A DNA stretch of 61,517 bases, the filler included, from Rhabdomonas costata (lineage: Eukaryota): NCBI GenBank assembly GCA_019059605.1. It is 20 parts of 20 records of this genome, joined end to end, with 100 filler letters (N's around TTAATTAATTAA, not from the genome) between each part and the next. Parts side by side here need not be neighbours in the genome. Positions count along the whole stretch, not along the records: positions 58,542 to 61,517 come from JAHMHO010001616.1; 19 more parts are not named here. The stretch is one strand, 5' to 3'. Shown in pieces: positions 61,509 through 61,517 of this stretch. Every line of letters begins with the position of its first letter. Positions within the stretch are counted from its first letter, which is position 1. The notes under the pieces were generated by a model, which had not been told where the DNA came from, did not search any database, and saw only the letters and a list, made by a program, of their open reading frames with translations. Made by a program: the position numbers and the translations under genes.

Positions 61509-61517
61509 CACCAAAAC

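Overview
This window is not one locus. It holds 20 separate ~2.98-kb contigs in roughly decreasing length, joined by an artificial N44-TTAATTAATTAA-N44 linker, so gene neighbourhood means something only within a contig. The DNA is from an intron-rich eukaryote, most likely a euglenozoan (euglenid-like). The basis is a kinetoplastid-like RPS17, an LRR type typical of euglenozoans, GC-rich short exons, and pyrimidine-AG acceptors just upstream of start codons. Contig ends carry G/T-only (5') and A/C-only (3') tails, and four contigs end in fold-backs, which points to degenerate-primer whole-genome amplification. Most listed six-frame ORFs are spurious; real genes appear only after manual splicing. 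They are a PC-esterase/SGNH protein, a PH-AGC kinase, a P2C-type ATPase, a Cys-rich repeat protein, a PPR protein, a CCCH+RanBP2 zinc-finger protein, an OFA-like MFS transporter, a bacterial-type alpha/beta hydrolase, two dynein heavy chain fragments, a ZNFX1-like helicase, an LRR protein, RPS17, an IPT/Ig-like surface protein and a DUF488 protein. Also present are repeated box C/D snoRNA candidates, a decayed Ty3/gypsy pol and a Merlin/IS1595-type transposase. The best leads are four. (1) An intron-containing DUF488 gene whose first exon lies downstream of its last exon. (2) Repeated C/D snoRNAs with compensatory box changes, apparently intronic. (3) A GA-AG intron fixed by a conserved ATPase motif. 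(4) A hairpin-dense candidate RNA next to the snoRNAs. All family calls come from motifs recognised by eye; no database searches were run, and no new multi-gene system is established.
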